Origin: Mobula hypostoma
Lineage: Eukaryota
Reading direction: 5' to 3'
Length of the DNA stretch: 64,000 bases
Assembly (NCBI RefSeq): GCF_963921235.1
Contig: NC_086097.1
Coordinates: 2,108,001-2,172,000 of the forward strand
The notes under the pieces were generated by a model that did no database searches, was not told the DNA's origin, and saw only the letters and a list, made by a program, of their open reading frames with translations. This document shows, piece after piece, positions 51,201-63,200 of the stretch. The position numbers were made by a program, and so were the translations under genes. The first letter of the stretch is position 1. Each line of letters opens with the position of its first letter.

Positions 51201-54200
51201 CCCCTCTTTTACACTTTATGCATCTGAAGAAACTCTTGGTATCTTCTTTAATATTATTGGCTAGCTTACTTTCATATTCCATTTTTATCTTAATGATTTT
51301 TTTAGTTGCCTTCTGCTGGTTTTTAAAAGCTTCTCAATCCTTTAACTTCACAGTAGTGTTTGCTCTGTTATATGTTGGTTTTGACTTCTCTAGTTAGCCA
51401 TGGTTGTGTCATCTATCCTTTAGAATCCTCTGCTGTCATCCCTGCCAGTGTTCTTTTCCAACCTTAAGCTCTGTAATCAATTCTGGTTATTGCACAATGC
51501 CCAATTGAGCATAACTGACCCCCACGTGGGCCCAACCATTAGCTGCTCTAAAAAGCCATCTCACAGGCATTCTGGAAAGTTACCCTCTTGAAATCCAGCA
51601 CTAACCTGATTTTCCCAATCTATCTGCACATTGAAATCCCCCATGACTACAGAAACATTGCCTTTTGGCGTGGGTTTTCTATCTCCCATTGTAATTTGTA
51701 GACCACACCCTTACTACTGTTTGGGGGTCTGTACACAACTGCCAAAGTATCTTTTTACCCTTGCAGTTGCTTAGCCCAAGAAATAGTGGATGCATTAGTG
51801 ATAATTTTTCAAAACTCGTTAGATTCTGGACTAGTTCCTGAGGATTGGAGGGTGGCTAATGTAACCCCACTTTAAAAAAGGAGGGAGAGAGAAACCAGGG
51901 AATTATAGACCGGTTAGCCTAACGTCGGTGGTGGGGAAACTGCTAGAGTCAGTTATCAAAGATGTGATAACAGCACATTTGGAAAGCGGTGAAATGATCG
52001 GACAAAGTCAGCATGGATTTGTGAAAGGAAAATCATGTCTGACGAATCTCATAGAATTTTTTGAGGATGTAACTAGTAGAGTGGATAGGGGAGAACCAGT
52101 GGATGTGGTATATTTGGATTTTCAAAAGGCTTTTGACAAGGTCCCACACAGGAGATTAGTGTGCAAACTTAAAGCACACGGTATTGGGGGTAAGGTATTG
52201 GTGTGGGTGGAGAATTGGTTAGCAGACAGGAAGCAAAGAGTGGGAATAAACGGGACCTTTTCAGAATGGCAGGTGGTGACTAGTGGGGTACCGCAAGGCT
52301 CAGTGCTGGGACCCCAGTTGTTTACAATATATGGTAATGACTTGGATGAGGGAATTAAATGCAGCATCTCCAAGTTTGCGGATGACACGAAGTTGGGTGG
52401 CAGTGTTAGCTGTGAGGAGGATGCAGAGTGACTTGGATAGGTTGGGTGAGTGGGCAAATTCATGGCAGATGCAATTTAATGTGGATAAATGTGAAGTTAT
52501 CCACTTTGGTGGCAAAAACAGGAAAACAGATTATTATCTGAATGGTGGCCGATTAGGAAAAGGGGAAGTGCAACGAGACCTGGGTGTCATTATACACCAA
52601 GTCATTGAAAGTGGGCATGCAGGTACAGCAGGCGGTGAAAAAGGCGAATGGTATGCTGGCATTTATAGCGAGAGGATTCAAGTACAGGAGCAGGGAGGTA
52701 CTACTGCAGTTGTACAAGGCCTTGGTGAGACCACACCTGGAGTATTGTGTGCAGTTTTGGTCCCCTAATCTGAGGAAAGACATTCTTGCCATAGAGAGAG
52801 TACAAAGAAGGTTCACCAGATTGATTCCTGGGATGGCAGGACTTTCATATGAAGAAAGACTGGATGAACTGGGCTTGTACTCGTTGGAATTTAGAAGATT
52901 GAGGGGGGATCTGATTGAAACGTATAAGATCCTAAAGGGATTGGACAGGCTAGATGCAGGAAGATTGTTCCCGATGTTGGGAAAGTCCAGAACGAGGGGT
53001 CACAGTTTGAGGATAAAGGGGAAGCCTTTTAGGACCGAGGTTAGGAAAAACTTCTTCACACAGAGTGGTGAATCTGTGGAATTCTCTGCCACAGGAAACA
53101 GTTGAGGCCAGTTCATTGGCTATATTTAAGAGGGAGTTGGATATGGCCCTTGTGGCTAAAGGGATCAGGGGGTATGGAGGGAAGGCTGGGGAGGGGTTCT
53201 GAGTTGGATGATCAGCCATGATCATAATAAATGGCGGTGCAGGCTCGAAGGGCCGAATGGCCTACTCCTGCACCTATTTTCTATGTTCTATGCAGTGATT
53301 CAACACCTTCTCACCTTGTATCACCTCTTCCAGATGATCTCATTTCATTTTTTACCTTCCTGCCTGTCCTTTTGATACACTGAGTATCTTTGGACATTAA
53401 GCTCCCAGCTATAATCTTCTTTCAGCCATAATTCCATGATGCCCACAACATCACACCTGCCAAACCGTAACTGTGCTACAAGTTCATCTACCTTGTTCCA
53501 TATACTGCACCATTCAAATATAACACCTTCAGTGCTGTATTCACCCTTGCTGATTTTGTCTGCCTTTTACATTGTAAATTCTGCTGACTATTTTGCCCCC
53601 CTCAACAGCCCTCCTCACTACACATTGTCTCTGTCTGCAAACAAGCTACCCCATCTTCAGCACTATCAACATACACAAAAACACAGCAGGCCAGGCAGCA
53701 TCTCTAGGAAGAAGTACAGTTGACGTTTCGGGCCGAGACCCTTCGTCAGGACTAACTGAAGGAAGAGTGAGTAAGAGATTTGAAAGTGGGAGGGGAGGAG
53801 GAGATCCAAAATGATAGGAGAAGACAGGAGGGGGAGGGATGGAGCCAAGAGCTGGACAGGTGATAGGCAAAAGGGATATGAGAGGATCATGGGACAGGAG
53901 GCCCAGGGAGAAGGAAAAGTGGGGGGGGGGCGGGGGGAGGAGACCAGAGGATGGGAAAGGGGTATAGTGAGAGGGACAGAGGGAGAAAAAACAATAATAG
54001 GGGATGGGGTACGAAGGGGAGGTGGGACATTAACAGAAGTTAGGGAAGTCAATGTTCATACCAACTGTATGATTACATCAACTGCACCTCTTCCTAGAGA
54101 TGCTGCCTGGGCTGCTGTGTTCACCAGCATTTTTGTGTGTGTTGCTTGAATTTCCAGCAACTGCAGATTTCCTCATGTTCAGCACTATCATCTGCCTTTC

Positions 54201-57200
54201 CCACACTGCAATATATGCGGCTCTGGACACTAGTCACACCATGCTCAGTCTTTTGATTCCTGACTTTGTCTCGGGTCTCACCAACATCTGCCTCCACAAC
54301 CTCTCCAGTACCTGTTCTGGCACTCAGATTCCCATCCTCCTGCATCTCTAGTTTAAACCCCACTGTGAAGCATTAACAAACCTTCCACTAGGGTATTAGT
54401 CCCCCTCCAGTTCAGGTGCAAACCGTCCCTATCGCTATCCCCTTCCTCACTCTTTACTTCACCCCCTCTGCCTCTCCTGGTTTCACTTGTCACCTCAGAA
54501 TCAGAATCAGGTTCATTATCACCGGCTTGTGACGTGAAATGTGTTAACTTAGCAGCAGCAATTCAATGCAATACATAACAAAAGAAGAAAAACAAAATAT
54601 AATAATAAATAAGTAAATCAATTACGATATACGTATATTGAATAGATTTAAAGTTGTGCAAACAAACAGAAATAACATATATTTGAAAAGTGAGGTAGTG
54701 TTCACGGGTTCAATGTCCATTTAGAAATCGGATGGCAGGGGGGGAAGAAGCTGTTCCTGAATCACTGAGTGTGTGCCTTCAGGCTTCTGTACCTCCTACC
54801 TGATGGTAACAGTGAGAAAAGGGCATGTCCTGGGTGCTGGAGGTCCTTAATAATGGACGCTGCCTTTCTGAGACACCGCTCCTTGAAGATGTCCTGGGTA
54901 CTTTGTAGGCTAGTACCCAAGACAGAGCTGACTAAATTTATGACCCTCTGAAGCTTCTTTCGGTCCTGTGCAGTAGCCCCTCCATACCAGACAGTGATGC
55001 AGCCTGTCAGAATGCTCTCCATGGTACAACTATAGAAGTTTTTGAGTGTATTTGTTGACGTACCAAATCTCTTCAAACTCCTAATGAAGTATAGCTGCTG
55101 TGTTGCCTTCTTTATAACTACATCAATATGTTGGGACCAGGTTAGGTCCTCAGAGATCGTGACGCCCAGGAACTTGAAACTGCTCACTCTCTCCACTTCT
55201 GATCCCTCTGTGAGGATTGGTTTGTGTTCCTTCATCTTACCCTTCCTGAAGTCCACAATCAGCTCTTTCATCTTACTGACATTGAGTGCGAAGTTGTTGA
55301 ACATATAGAATAGTACAGCACAGTACAGGCCCTTCGGCCCACAATGTTGTGCCGACCCTTAAACCCTGCCTCCCATATAACGCCCCCACCTTAAATTCTG
55401 AGTGCCAGGTTGTTGCTGTGACACCACTCCACTAGTTGGCATATCTCACTCCTGTACGTCCTCTCATCACCACCAGAGATTCTACCAACGATGGTTGTAT
55501 CAACAGCAAATTTATAGATGGTGTTTGAGCTATGCCTAGACACACAGACTGTGTATATAGAGAGAGTAGAGCAGTGGGCTAAGCACACACCCCTGAGGTG
55601 CACCAGTGTTGATCGTCAGTGAGGAGGAGATGTTGTCACCAATCCACAGAGATTGTGGTCTTCCGGTTAGGAAGTCGAGGATCCGACTGCAGAGGGAGGT
55701 ACAGAGGCCCAGGTTCTGCAGCTTCTCAATCAGGATTGTGGGAATGCTGGAGTTAAATACCTACACCTTTGTATTTCTTCCTCCCCTCTCCCTTCGTCTT
55801 ACTCTGACTTCTCATCTTTCTTTGCAGTCCTGATGAAGGCCCTCATTCCAAAATATGGAATGTTTACTCTTTCCCACAGACGCTGCCTGACCTGCTGATT
55901 TCCTCCGGCATTTTGTGCGTGTTTTGCTTTGGATTTCTAGCATCTGCAGATTTTCTCTTGTTTCTGATGGGGTATATCTTGCAGAGCTGCAGCCTCATAG
56001 TTGAAGTAAGCCAGATTTAATTTTGATATTGTGAGGCTGTCTATGTGGAATTTGCACACTTTCGGTGACTGCATGGGTATCATCCAGTCGTTCTGCTTTC
56101 CAGCCATAGAGTTGTGGGTCAATTGGCAATTATAAATTGCCCTTCGTGTGTAATTGGTGCATTATCAGTATCTATGCAATGGGCTGAAGGGCCTGGCCCA
56201 AGCTCTATCACTCTGTCATTCTGATGTCTGCCATGATCCGCAATAGCCCATGTTTGATAACAGTCCTGCAATATATGGAATAGAGGTGATGGCTACTGCA
56301 GTGTGGCAAGAAAGATCAGTATGTTTTGGAACTGCCCATTAGTCCACTGAGGAACCAAAGAACATCTCTCTTTTGCAAATCCTATTTACCCAACGTTGAG
56401 TGCAGCATCTCCATTGGGGTGCATTCCACTCCACCAGAATGTAGAAGGCATCCAGGGTGAAGTCTCGGCTCTGTTATAGCCATTGGTTCTGATTGTATCT
56501 CACCAGCTAAAACAAAGACACTATCACGGCTGTCGGCCCAGTCAATCCAAGACCCAAGAGATGGTGGAAATCCAGAGTAACACACAAAACGCTGGAGAAA
56601 CCCAACATCTCGGGCAGCGTCTGTGGAGGGAAATGAAAAGCCAGAGGTGGAGCAGTTAATGTGGTACTATTGCAGGTCATAACATCAGTGTTTAGGGTTC
56701 AATCCTGGGATCTTCCAAGAGGATTATACAACCTTCCTGTGAGCATGTGTGTTTCCTCCGGGTGCTCTGGTTTCCTCGCACAGTCCAAATACATTCCCAT
56801 AGTAGATTAACTGGTCATTGTAAATTGTCTTGTGATAAGGCAGAGGTTAAATAATTGGGTTGCTGCATTTGCAGCACAACTCAGTGGATTGGATGTATCT
56901 CTAAAATAAAGATTATTCTTGATGATAACAGACTACACAAAACTGGAAATACCAAGGGAGGCAATGATACTTAAGTTCTGTAAAATCCAACCAGCTCTGG
57001 CTGAGAATGAAAATCTAATCCCTACTTTGTTTCCATAACAAATGTTCTTTGAAATTTTCGTTCAGGGGCCAATGAGAAGGCAGTTCGGAAGAAGCAAAGC
57101 GACAATTATGAACAGAAGCAACCTGCAGCTCTCAAGAACTACGGTAACGTAAAGATACCATCATTAGGCTGGTGGTGAGGTAACCCGCAAGGGCAACACT

Positions 57201-60200
57201 GTAAAAGTTCAGCTTAATCCAAATATCTGGGTTGCAGTTGATATTTCTAATCAGTTATGAAACATTAGCCAAATGTTTATGCAGCATGTGGGATAAAAGT
57301 ATTTGTATGAGGAAGCAATTTTAGTTTCCAAATATTATTCAGTTGAGCCTGCATAGACTACATAATCAACAATATGCTGTAGTTAATTAGATGCTCCAGC
57401 ACTTGTAAGGCTGTAACCACATATACCCTGAGAGCAGCATATTGCAGATGTTTACAACTGGCAGGGAGATTGTTTAGGAGAGCTCCAGCATTCATGCCTT
57501 GCTATCTCTGCGGTGGAGAAACGGGTTGCATGGTGGGGAATGGAGATGGTATTAATTTAAGATGAACTCCGGTAAACAATGGATAACCAGTTTGCCTTCG
57601 TATCTCTGAAAATGTAGGGACAGATTTGTCATTGGCTGATGGATTCAAGTGTTGTCACATATATTCCCCTCCTAGTATTCAGTTCTACATTTGGATGTCT
57701 AACATCCACCAATAATTAAAGGCCCTGTTTTTTGGAAATTATATGTTTGCCGTTTGTGAGATATGATAATTAAGCAAAAACCAAATATTCAAGATGAGTT
57801 TTGAAATTTCACTTGGTGTATCGATTGCTTTGCAGATGAACCTCAAGAGAATCCAGCAGACGACCAACAAAGATCCAGCACTGAGAACGTGGACATTAGG
57901 GACGAGGAGGAGGAGACCACAAAGGAGAAACTACCTGGTGTACGAAGACACAGCCTTGAGGATACAACTACTGACTTGAACAGCACTACAACAGACCGAG
58001 GCAGAGGAGTTACAAAGAGAATTCCAGTAGAAGATGAGCCAATGAAAAGTGAATCCTTCTCCAATAAATACGAGGACCAATCCCAGGATCAGCAGCAAAC
58101 TGAGGAGCAAAGTACAGAGGCACATGATGATGAGGACACTGAAGAAGCGGGCGAAGATCTCATCAAAGCGAATGATGATGAGGAAGAAAGCAACAGCCAT
58201 TATGAAGACAGTAAGGATGAGGAGCTAACCTACAGTGAAGAGCCTCCACAAGAAGGCTGGGGAGATGAAGCGGCTGACAGTGACAGTTCAGAGTTGGAGG
58301 AAAATGGGAAGGCCTCAGATGAAGAAATAAGGTCTAAAGAGAACAAGAATTCGGAAAAAGAAGAGGAAGAATATTCAAGCAAGAATGATGAAAAGGATGA
58401 CTTGTCTGAAGAGTGGGAGGGGAATAAACAAAAGGTGGATGAATTTGCTCCAGAGATGAAGTTGAGAAAGTATGAAGCAGGTGACGAAGATAAATTGATC
58501 AGAGTTGAAAATCCAAAAGTACACAGCAGACATGGCCATTTCCAACACTTGCAGGGAAACAGAAGATCTCATGCTGAGGAAGGTCGACAGAAAGAGAAAA
58601 TGTTCATTGCATCATCTGCATTGCGAAAAAGGCTTGATGTAGAGGAAGGAAGTGCCACCAGGAAAAGTGAGGTTTGTGCTTGGCTGTTGTATTGTGATGT
58701 TTCCCATTGGTAGTCATCTGGATTAAGGTCATGCCTGAAAGCCTTTGCTCCACTATGGTGCTTGGGGGAGCAGATGGTTCTGTAGCTTAGCAACTGCAGG
58801 TAAGCTTTTAACCTCCGTCCCTCGGGAGAACAGTTCATCACCGGCAGAAAAGCAAGCAACTGGCTGCCTTTCCGTCTGATATCTTCAACCTTGATGGGTT
58901 GAGACAAAAATCTGTGATATTCATATCCAGTTAAGCGTTGGCTCAGGGTCATTTATCTAGTGGAGGGGTTCCCAACCTGGGGTCACAGAGTCCTCAGTTA
59001 ATGGCATCAGAAATGGTTGGGAACAAATCTGAAACAAATGGAAGTGAAAATCACTGGATTTAAAATGCATTGCCAATTCTCCATAACCAGCTCTTCCTCA
59101 ATTTGCATATGTTAATTTTATTTAATGAGATCAATGTTATTAACTATGACAAGGAAAGATGCTTCAAGAAGTATATTACACAAGTGCGTACTGGATCAAT
59201 ATTTGCACTAACACTCAACAGGAGATGTGAGGGGCCATCGAAGGTTTTAGCTGAAGGGCCAAATGGTTCCTTCACTGGAAACTGGAGAGAAGCTATTGAG
59301 TCTTGAATGGTGAAGAAAACTGCACATTGAAAGAGGAAATTGTGCATAACAACAGGTCGTTAAATTGTTTTTACTTAATAAATAAGGGTAATGACTAATC
59401 GGCATAGTTTACAAACAGGGCCACCTGTCACACCTGGAACTGGGAAATGCTGAAGTGTTCCAAACAGAACCTAGTGGACGGAGCATGAAATGACAGTCTC
59501 AATCCCAACATTCTCAAGGGCAATTCCAAAATTGTGGAAACCAGACCCTTGAAAAGAAAGTTAACTATAAATGTACCAAGTACAGACTTTTTTTAAATTA
59601 TAAAAGTATTGGAATGTCCTGCCATTTAAATTTTTTGTAGAAATAATTTTATGAATTCTACAAAGAATTTAAATGGTAGGACATTCCAATATAATGATGC
59701 CATGTAGGAAAGGGATACAAAGTACCACACAGATTTCTGACAATTTTCGCCAGTATCCATATTGCACTCGTCAAAGTTGCTGGTGAACGCAGCAGGCCAG
59801 GCAGCATCTCTAGGAAGAGGTACAGTCGACGTTTCAGGCCGAGACCCTTCGTCAGGACTAACTGAAGGAAGAGTGAGTAAGAGATTTGAAAGTGGGAGGG
59901 GGAGGGGGAGATCCAAAATGATAGGAGAAGACAGAAGGTGGAGGGATGGAGCCAAGAGCTGGACAGGTGATAGGCAAAAGGGGATACGAGAGGATCATGG
60001 GACAGGAGGCCCAGGGAGAAGGAAAAGGGGTGGGGGGAAACCCAGAGGATGGGCAAGGGGTATAGTCAGAGGGACAGAGGGAGAAAAAGGGGGGGGGAGG
60101 GAGAGAGAGAGAGAGAATGTGTGGGGTTCTTGCTACCTTTCCATGTCTGTATCTCAGGATGATCTTCTCGTACTTTCCAGTTGCCTCTAAACTGCGTCTA

Positions 60201-63200
60201 CACTGTTGGCTTCAGAAACTTCTGGTGGTATTAAGTTCTACATTCTCATTGGTCTTTGGAAGTTTTTATTTTCTCTGGAAATCCTCACTGGTCTTTTGGA
60301 AACAATTGAGCTTTCCCATCACCAGAACAGAAGTGTCTTTCTATTTCTGATGGCACAGAGAAACGGAAGTAAAACCTCCAGGTTTCAGAGCAAGTGGTCC
60401 AGTATTTTGTTGACCCACGTTTGATAAAATTTCTCTGCAGTAACGGGACTTTGTGGTGCTTTCAGTAGGGTACAACTGTACAGAAACACTGAATGAGAGT
60501 CTTTGAGTTGGGTGATAAAGGGAGCGGGTTTTGTAAAGTGTTTTAAACGTGAGAAGCAGCTGTTGAGATAATTGTAGCCCTGGTTGTCTACAGTGCAATG
60601 CTAAGCATGATGCAATTAAATGTGCCTGAAGACAGTTCTGCTAAAGGCACAGAGCCCCACGCTCGATGCTTGAGGAACAGCTTCTTCCCCTCTGCCAGCA
60701 GATTTCTGCAAGGACAATGAGCCCACACACACCACCTCACTTTCTTTGGTGTGTGTGTGTGTGTGGTTTTTGTTATCAGATATTGCAGTTTACTGCTGCT
60801 GCAAAACAGCAAATTTCACAAGTGCCAGCAATATTAAACCTGATTGTGATTCTCTCCCTAATGTGCCTGAAAGATAGTTCAATGCTGTGGGTACATTCTA
60901 ATAACTTCGTGTGTATACTTGATGATTAATGGCAAATGCCTATATTCCCCTGGGGGAAACTGCAACACAGACTGACAAATAACTTCAGTAGGTGTGAGTT
61001 TCTGCTGGTACCTACCACGTGAAGATGCTGTTTTCTATTGTTCCCAGAATGTCAGAGAGCAACAACCCTGACCATGGGTTCACATACACCGACAAAGGAC
61101 TGCCGAGGTCACTCTGATATCTATCAGGAGCTCTGCATACACAGGGCCCTGAGCATTATCAGTCATCCCTCCCATTTGTCCAACAATTTCTCCCCCACCC
61201 CCATCAGACAGGAGGTACTGTAGCATTAAGACAAGCACTGTTAGGATGGGAAACAGCTTCGCCCCTCAGACCATGTGACTACTGAACTCCCAGCCACCAC
61301 CCAGGTCTCATGTATTTTAACTTCAGTCATAAGTGCACTTTATTATTTGTTAATTAATTTGTGGTATTATTACCTGTGTTATATGTACTGTGTTGTGCAC
61401 CTTGGTCCAGAGGAATGTTTCGTTTGGTGGTATACGTGTGCATACGGTTGAACCATGAACCTGAACCTGAACCTGGCTGCCAACTTGACGAACGCTACGT
61501 TTTCCACCCACCACCACTTTTGCAGAATTTCACACAGTAGATTTGCGTGAATTGAAGAAGATTACATATGAGTAATTGAAGAAGGTTACTTGCTACTCCT
61601 CAGGTTCACCCACAGTGTGGATAGTGGCATTCAATGGGAGGGCTCGATGGAAAGCTGAGAAACAAAGAGTAACAGAATGAGCAGCGAGGGGATCTTATTG
61701 AAATGTGTAATTAAGTATGCACTGCTAGTATCACTGAACTGACACCACTAGATTAATATTGGTACAATAACACTCGCAGTTTCATACCAGTGACAAACTT
61801 GTGATATCTAACGTGAGATCTGAGGCTCCACTTGTCTGTGAAATTAAGAGGAGAGGCGCTCCAAGATACTAGTTTCCTCTGACAGCCTAGTAGCTAGCTA
61901 CAATCACACTGCACTCCAACTTCTGTGCAAAACAAAATCTTGTTTTTTTTTTTGCAAAACTGCTTTAAGTGAAAATTGATTTTGTAAGTAGCAAACAGCA
62001 CCTTAGCAACACGGGTGTGCTGCTCTCACATCTGAGGTGCAATGTAGCAGAGGCATGAATCTGTAAATGTGCTTTATTTATGACTGAAGAGGCCAAGTCA
62101 TTGGGTATATCTAAAGCAGAGATTGGTAAGCTCGTGATTAGTCCGAGTGTCAAAGGATACAGGGACAAGGCAGGAGAGTGGGATTGAGAGGGATAATGAA
62201 TCAGCCGTGATGGAATGGCAGAGCAGACCCAATGGGCCAAATGGACTAATTTGCTCCTATGTCTTATTTTCATCTCATTAGTCATCAGGAAAAAGGTGCA
62301 TGGACTCTTGTATTGGGGTTTAGTATATTTTGCTAATTGACCCCCCCCCCCCACCCCTCGGAGACTCGTATTGTTCTGGAATCCATTCCCCACTTGGTGC
62401 GGCTAAAGTTCAGGGCTCACTGAGTGACCAGGTCAGGAAACCCCGGACTTAACCCACTGTGGTTTACATATTTTACCAACATAATTATTAACCTGCCTTT
62501 TTAAGTTGTTTTTAAACTTTGGTAATCCAAAAAATCACGATATCCTTTGCAGCCCTGGTACATTACTCTGGGCTAGACGACACAATGAAGCATTTAGTGC
62601 AGATCCATTTGAAACTGAGAGCAGAGCTTAAATGGGGCACTGTGGAGTCACCTTGAAAATAAACTGTACGAATGGCTGAAGCACAGAATTGTCAAATTAA
62701 AACCACTGCTGTGTACGTACATCTACTGATGCCTCTGGACACATCTTCAGTGATGTTCCTGGAACCATCAAGTGTTTTGGGTCTTTCAACATCATACAAC
62801 CTCCTCCAGGTGACCCAGCCGGGGCTGATCAGACCCCAGCTTGTGTCCAGATGGCAAGCTACTTATGACTCCATGGCTCCCCTCTTTTGAGCCACAGCCA
62901 TCTTGAAGCCATCTTGAGGCCCTCTCTGCCGCATCCACACATCTGATGAACCCAAAGGAGTTGCCATTCAGCATTCAGCTCGATGTAGAACTGCCTTAGG
63001 GACTCCAGCTCCAGATTTTTCCACTGGATTTACTCCCGAATCCTTCCCCATGAGTGGGTGTAGCCACAAGGCAGCAGAGGTTTGAGATCAGAGTTTTCCT
63101 TCTAGATGAGCTGCTGACTACAGCTAATGAGCCCCATCTGCCCAAAGCGACTGATCTTATAGTGTCAGTAACCAGCCTTTGCTCCTTTTCTTGTCAGTAG

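Larger units (their letters stand above)
49862..54430 (-). mobile_element. Old CR1 in CHGA intron 4 (49862-51775, 53293-53665, 54178-54430)
   Basis: CR1 motifs on the minus strand, interrupted by a young CR1 and a PLE. Confidence 0.8.

Noticed and set aside
57889..58713. Stand-alone 274-aa acidic protein
   Set aside because: It is CHGA exon 6 plus intron read-through (VCAWLL...).
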